A DNA stretch of 64,000 nucleotides from Phycisphaeraceae bacterium (GTDB lineage Bacteria; Planctomycetota; Phycisphaerae; Phycisphaerales; Phycisphaeraceae). How positions within the stretch are numbered: position 1 is the stretch's first letter; each line of letters opens with the position of its first letter. Both the position numbers and the translations under genes were made by a program. Shown here one piece after another: positions 59,346-64,000 of this stretch. Location: positions 4,032,001-4,096,000 of the forward strand of contig OY771506.1 of NCBI GenBank assembly GCA_963674705.1, written 5' to 3'. The notes beneath the pieces are model-generated. The model worked only from the letters and a program-made list of their open reading frames with translations. It was not told the origin of the DNA and searched no databases.

Positions 59346-62300
59346 ATGCCCCTAGATACGATCTCCATCCGTGGCGCCCGTGAGCACAACCTCAAGGGCA
59401 TTAACGTCGATATCCCCCACAACCAGCTTGTGGTCATCACGGGTCTGTCCGGCTCCGGCAAGAGTTCCCTGGCGTTCGACACGATCTATGCCGAGGGCCA
59501 GCGTAAGTACGTCGAATCGCTCTCAGCCTACGCCCGGCAGTTCCTCGAACAACTGCAAAAACCAGATATCGAATCCATCGAGGGCCTGCCCCCGACGATC
59601 GCCATTGAGCAGCGATCGGCTTCACACAACCCGCGATCGACCGTCGCCACCACCACCGAAATCTACGACTACCTGCGTCTGCTCTTCGCCCGCGCCGGCC
59701 AGCCCCGTTGTTGGCATACGGAAAAAGATGGCACTTACGGGGAAAAGCCCTGCGGCCGACCGATCACCAGCCAGAGCGCCTCACAGATCATCGAAAAGGT
59801 CTTCGAACTGCCGGAAGGCACTAAGCTGATGATCCTTTCGCCGGTCGTCCGTGGCAAGAAAGGCCATCACAAAGAAGTCTTCGAAGGTATGGTCAAACAG
59901 GGTTTCGTCCGCGCTCGTGTGGACGGCGAAGTTATGGACCTGCGGGAAATCACGACCAGCAAGGAAGGTACGCCGTTCACCACGAAGAAAGCACGTTACC
60001 AGGCGCACACGATCGAGGCAGTGGTGGATCGCGTCGTGGTGAAGCACACAGCAGAAAAGTCGGCGGAAGAGCCGGACGGCCTGCGCACGCGTGTGGCCGA
60101 CTCGATCGAGTTAGCCTTGAAGCTCGCTGATGGCCTGGTTGTTCTCAGCCACGTATCACCAACCAAAAAGAAAACAAACACCGATACATGGACCGACGTC
60201 CTGTACAGCGAGAAGTACGCCTGTGAACTGCATCCTGAATGCAGCCTTGAAGGTCTGGAGCCAAGGCTGTTTTCGTTCAACTCGCCTTACGGTGCGTGCC
60301 CGGCCTGCGGTGGCTTAGGCAACATCCTCGAATTCGATGCGGACCTGATCGTGCCGGATACCAATATCAGTCTGGCTGAAGGGGCGGTGCAAGCCTGGCG
60401 TAAGCACGGCAAGCGGATGAACATCTACTACGCCCGCATGATCCGCCAGTTCTGCAAAAACTTCGGCGTCAGCGCGGATGAGCCGTTCAAGAAACTGCCC
60501 AAGCCGATCCAGCGCATCCTGATGTACGGCACGAATGATCGGGATGAGAGTAAATACGACGCCCACTTTGAAGGCGTCATCCCCAACCTGCAGCGCCGGT
60601 GGGACCATACCGACAGTGAATACGTCAAAGCCCGCCTGCACGGTTATCTCTCCGAAGCGCCTTGCGAGACCTGCCATCGCAGCCGACTGCGTGAAGAAGC
60701 ATTGCACGTCTTCCTCGAAGCTGAGGGCCCGATCGCAGGCAAGGAAGTGGGGCGGAAGCTCTCAGAATTCAAGAATCCCGGCAGCAAAAACGCCAAATCA
60801 CGTCTGTTCCCGATTGACCGCGTCACCGGCATGACCATCGAACAAGCGGCCGACTTCTTCGACAAACTCAAGCTCGGTAAAGAGCAAACACTCATCGCTG
60901 CACCGATCCTCAAGGAAGTGCGTGCCCGCCTTGGTTTCATGCTCAGCGTCGGGCTCGGTTATCTGAATCTGGATCGTGCGACCGGCACGCTCTCCGGTGG
61001 GGAAGGCCAGCGCATCCGACTGGCGACTCAGGTCGGCTCCGGCCTCGTCGGCTGCTGCTATGTCCTGGACGAACCCACGATCGGCCTGCACCAGCGAGAC
61101 AATGATCGGCTCATCACGACGCTCCGGCACCTGACCGAAATCGGCAACACCGTCGTCGTGGTCGAACACGATGAAGACACGATCCGGGCTTCCGACCACC
61201 TGATCGATATCGGCCCGGGGCCGGGTGTGCACGGCGGGGAAGTCGTTGCCCAGGGACCGACGGATGAAGTCATCTCCGCCGGTGAATCTCTTACCGCACG
61301 ATACCTCAATGGCGACCTGGTCATCGAGACGCCTGAACAGCGCCGTCAACTCGATCACAAGAAAGCATTGACCATCAAAGGCGCACGCCAGAACAACCTG
61401 CAAAACATCGACATCACCTTCCCCCTGGGCGGGCTTGTTGTTGTCACCGGTGTTTCCGGCTCCGGCAAAAGCACGCTGGTCAACCAGATCCTGCTCCGCG
61501 CTGCCCGACGTGAACTGCTTGGCTCCCGAGACAAGCCCGGCGATCACGACCGCCTGACCGGTGTGGGCAATATCGATCGCATCATTGAGGTTGATCAATC
61601 CCCGATCGGCCGAACCCCACGATCGAATCCCGCGACTTATACCGGCGCGTTCGACGCCATCCGCAGCCTGTTCACCAAGACCAAGGAAGCCAAGGTCCGA
61701 GGCTACAAACCCGGGCGTTTCAGCTTCAACGTCAAGGGCGGCCGCTGCGAGTCCTGCATGGGCCAAGGCGTCAAGAAGATCGAAATGCACTTCCTGCCTG
61801 ACGTGTACGTTGAATGCGATGACTGCAAGGGCAGCCGGTACAACCGCCAGACGCTTGAAGTACGCTACCGCGGCAAAAACATCGCGGATGTGTTGAAAAT
61901 GACCGTCGAAGAAGCCCTCGAATTCTTCGACAGCTTCCCCGATGTCAAACGCCTGATGACCGCACTCAACGATGTCGGCCTGAGCTACGTCCAACTCGGC
62001 CAGGCCTCCACAACGCTATCCGGCGGTGAAGCCCAGCGCGTCAAGCTCTCTTCCGAACTTGGCAAACGCTCAACCGGACACACGCTCTACATCCTCGACG
62101 AACCCACGACCGGCCTGCACTTCGCCGACGTCGACAAACTCCTGAGCGTGCTCGGCCGACTGGCGGATCAAGGCAACACCGTCGTCGTCATCGAACACAA
62201 CATGGATGTGATCAAGAACGCCGACTGGATCATCGACCTCGGCCCAGAAGGCGGCGACCGCGGCGGCACCATCGTCGCCACCGGCACCCCCGAGCAGGTT

Positions 62301-62369
62301 GCCGCGGTGGACGGTTCATACACGGGCAAGTATCTTCGCGAGCACCTGAACCAACCTGTAAGTGTTTAA
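59346..62369 (+). CDS. uvrA: Excinuclease ABC subunit A
   Basis: GAREHNLK, two Walker A motifs ([16 protein letters not shown]), LSGGE signatures, zinc fingers and [12 protein letters not shown]. Confidence 0.98.
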   Translation: MPLDTISIRGAREHNLKGINVDIPHNQLVVITGLSGSGKSSLAFDTIYAEGQRKYVESLSAYARQFLEQLQKPDIESIEGLPPTIAIEQRSASHNPRSTVATTTEIYDYLRLLFARAGQPRCWHTEKDGTYGEKPCGRPITSQSASQIIEKVFELPEGTKLMILSPVVRGKKGHHKEVFEGMVKQGFVRARVDGEVMDLREITTSKEGTPFTTKKARYQAHTIEAVVDRVVVKHTAEKSAEEPDGLRTRVADSIELALKLADGLVVLSHVSPTKKKTNTDTWTDVLYSEKYACELHPECSLEGLEPRLFSFNSPYGACPACGGLGNILEFDADLIVPDTNISLAEGAVQAWRKHGKRMNIYYARMIRQFCKNFGVSADEPFKKLPKPIQRILMYGTNDRDESKYDAHFEGVIPNLQRRWDHTDSEYVKARLHGYLSEAPCETCHRSRLREEALHVFLEAEGPIAGKEVGRKLSEFKNPGSKNAKSRLFPIDRVTGMTIEQAADFFDKLKLGKEQTLIAAPILKEVRARLGFMLSVGLGYLNLDRATGTLSGGEGQRIRLATQVGSGLVGCCYVLDEPTIGLHQRDNDRLITTLRHLTEIGNTVVVVEHDEDTIRASDHLIDIGPGPGVHGGEVVAQGPTDEVISAGESLTARYLNGDLVIETPEQRRQLDHKKALTIKGARQNNLQNIDITFPLGGLVVVTGVSGSGKSTLVNQILLRAARRELLGSRDKPGDHDRLTGVGNIDRIIEVDQSPIGRTPRSNPATYTGAFDAIRSLFTKTKEAKVRGYKPGRFSFNVKGGRCESCMGQGVKKIEMHFLPDVYVECDDCKGSRYNRQTLEVRYRGKNIADVLKMTVEEALEFFDSFPDVKRLMTALNDVGLSYVQLGQASTTLSGGEAQRVKLSSELGKRSTGHTLYILDEPTTGLHFADVDKLLSVLGRLADQGNTVVVIEHNMDVIKNADWIIDLGPEGGDRGGTIVATGTPEQVAAVDGSYTGKYLREHLNQPVSV

Positions 62370-62394
62370 TTATTGTTAGCGACCGGGTTAGATT

Positions 62395-63981
62395 ATGAAC
62401 CACAAGAGCTTGATAAGCTTCGCGATCCTTTTCTCGACCATTCTGATGCTGAGTGCCGCGCCTGTCAGTGCGGGGTTTCGCGTCAAGCCTTACCTGCTGC
62501 CGTCTGAACCCGGCGGGGTGATCGTGGTCTGGTTCTCTGAGGAAAACGAGCCCGGCTCGCTTCGCCTTGAGTTGCCCGACGGCCCTGTGACCTATCCCGC
62601 GCCGGCAGTACCCGCGCCGGCTCTCGGTTATCACGAGATCGAAGCCCAGAAGTACGCTCAAGTCGATAAACCCACCAACGCGCCGTTCAAACATACCGTC
62701 TTCCTGTTCGGTCTCACGCCCGGTTCGCAATACCAATATCAGGTCAAGCAGGGTGCCGACAGCTACGAAAACACTCTCACTACCGCGCCGGATCAAGACA
62801 GCAACGTCAGTTTCGCCGTTTTCGCAGACTCCGAGACAGAACCGGAATCCACCGGTAAGCCCACAAGCTGGCCCCAGCCTAACGGCGATCAGTCCCGCAC
62901 GTACATCGTCGACCAGACCGAAGGCTTCAAGCAGAACCTGCGCATCATCCAGTCACGCCACCCAGGCTTCCTCGCCTTCGCCGGTGATATTGCACAATCC
63001 GGCGGTGAACAACGCGACTGGGATGAGTTGTGGCGTCACCTCGCCGGCGACATCGGCAGCATTGGCGGCATGGTCCCGCTCGTCGCAGCGCCCGGCAATC
63101 ACGATTCCTACGGTGGCCCCGGTGACCTCGGGAAGTATGAACCCGCAGCACACCTGCGGGCGATGAATAAATACCGCACTTACTTCAAGCCGTTTACCGA
63201 CCCGGATCATCCCAATTGGGACTTCTTCAGACTCGACTTCGGCCCCATCACGCTCATCAGCCTCGATAGCACCAACGGCCTGCCAGACGACTCGGATCAC
63301 GACACCAATTGGAGCCTCGACGCTCGCGATCACGATCACGACTTCAATCCCGGATCAGCACAGTACCAGTGGCTCGAAGAACAACTGGCTGACGCCCAGA
63401 AGAAAAGCGCGTTCACCTTCGTGCAGTTCCACCACGCGCCATACTCTGTAGGCCCGCATGGTTTCCCCGCTGGCGATCAGGGACACAAGCACGGCCAGGA
63501 CCACCTCTCCGGCGTCCCCATGCGGATATTGACCGACCTGTTCATGCGCTACGGCGTCGATGCCGTCTTCGCGGGACATGACGAGATGTACGAGCATTCC
63601 CTGATCCCCGACGGCGTGGAGCAGTTGCCCGGAGATGATGGCACCCGCCCGCACAAACTCCACATCTACGACGTGGGCATCGCCGGCGACGGCCTACGCG
63701 GTCCGTACATGGGCAAAGGCACTGAGTACGCCGATCACGACAATCCCTACCAGATCTACCTCGCCCACTGGGATGCCCCCGAAGTCTGGGATGGCAAACG
63801 CCTTGTCTCCGGCGGCAAGCACTACGGCCACCTCGAAGTCAATGTCACCCGATCGGATAACGGCACCTGGCAGGCCGTCCTCACGCCGGCTTACAGCTTC
63901 CCGCTCATGAATGATGAAGGCGAGGTCACCGGCTGGGAGCGGCGTGTCTATGACGACGTTGTCATCTTAAGAGCGGATTGA
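62395..63981 (+). CDS. Secreted purple-acid-phosphatase-like metallophosphoesterase with FN3-like N-domain
   Basis: Signal peptide; LTPGSQYQYQV; FADS, AGDI, PGNHD, FHH and AGHDE motifs. Confidence 0.85.
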   Translation: MNHKSLISFAILFSTILMLSAAPVSAGFRVKPYLLPSEPGGVIVVWFSEENEPGSLRLELPDGPVTYPAPAVPAPALGYHEIEAQKYAQVDKPTNAPFKHTVFLFGLTPGSQYQYQVKQGADSYENTLTTAPDQDSNVSFAVFADSETEPESTGKPTSWPQPNGDQSRTYIVDQTEGFKQNLRIIQSRHPGFLAFAGDIAQSGGEQRDWDELWRHLAGDIGSIGGMVPLVAAPGNHDSYGGPGDLGKYEPAAHLRAMNKYRTYFKPFTDPDHPNWDFFRLDFGPITLISLDSTNGLPDDSDHDTNWSLDARDHDHDFNPGSAQYQWLEEQLADAQKKSAFTFVQFHHAPYSVGPHGFPAGDQGHKHGQDHLSGVPMRILTDLFMRYGVDAVFAGHDEMYEHSLIPDGVEQLPGDDGTRPHKLHIYDVGIAGDGLRGPYMGKGTEYADHDNPYQIYLAHWDAPEVWDGKRLVSGGKHYGHLEVNVTRSDNGTWQAVLTPAYSFPLMNDEGEVTGWERRVYDDVVILRAD

Positions 63982-64000
63982 TCCGACGCACCGGCAAGTT

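Overview
A 64-kb chromosomal segment from a GC-rich bacterium, most likely a planctomycete of class Phycisphaerae. This is inferred from dockerin/PEP-CTERM proteins, LEPRxLL-type N-termini, CxxCGYxL..CPECG zinc-ribbon membrane proteins and broken-up operons. It is mostly housekeeping genes: fliM, a Rid protein, an LpxL-like acyltransferase, gyrA, ychF, hisC-hisB, pgi, dus, glmS, pntAA-pntAB-pntB, a ROK kinase, gatC-gatA, queF, tag, sucD and uvrA. It also carries an HlyD/ABC exporter, surface proteins (three dockerin/PEP-CTERM proteins, two tandem RTX-repeat proteins), a surface-modification trio and an SRP RNA gene. I saw no tRNA, rRNA, CRISPR array, integrase or transposase. The most notable observations are: (1) an AT-rich gene sandwiched between two diverged copies of the fliM 3' end, suggesting a 3'-end-replacement insertion; (2) an SRP RNA whose helix-8 loop is not GNRA and which has two hairpins upstream; (3) a ~700-bp intergenic array of G(G/T)GCGGACA motifs upstream of ychF; (4) an inverted 6+6 heptamer array between the divergent gatC and queF genes; (5) a long inverted repeat enclosing a sigma28-like -10 element upstream of fliM; (6) many candidate leaderless genes; and (7) a GyrA with non-canonical quinolone-binding residues.
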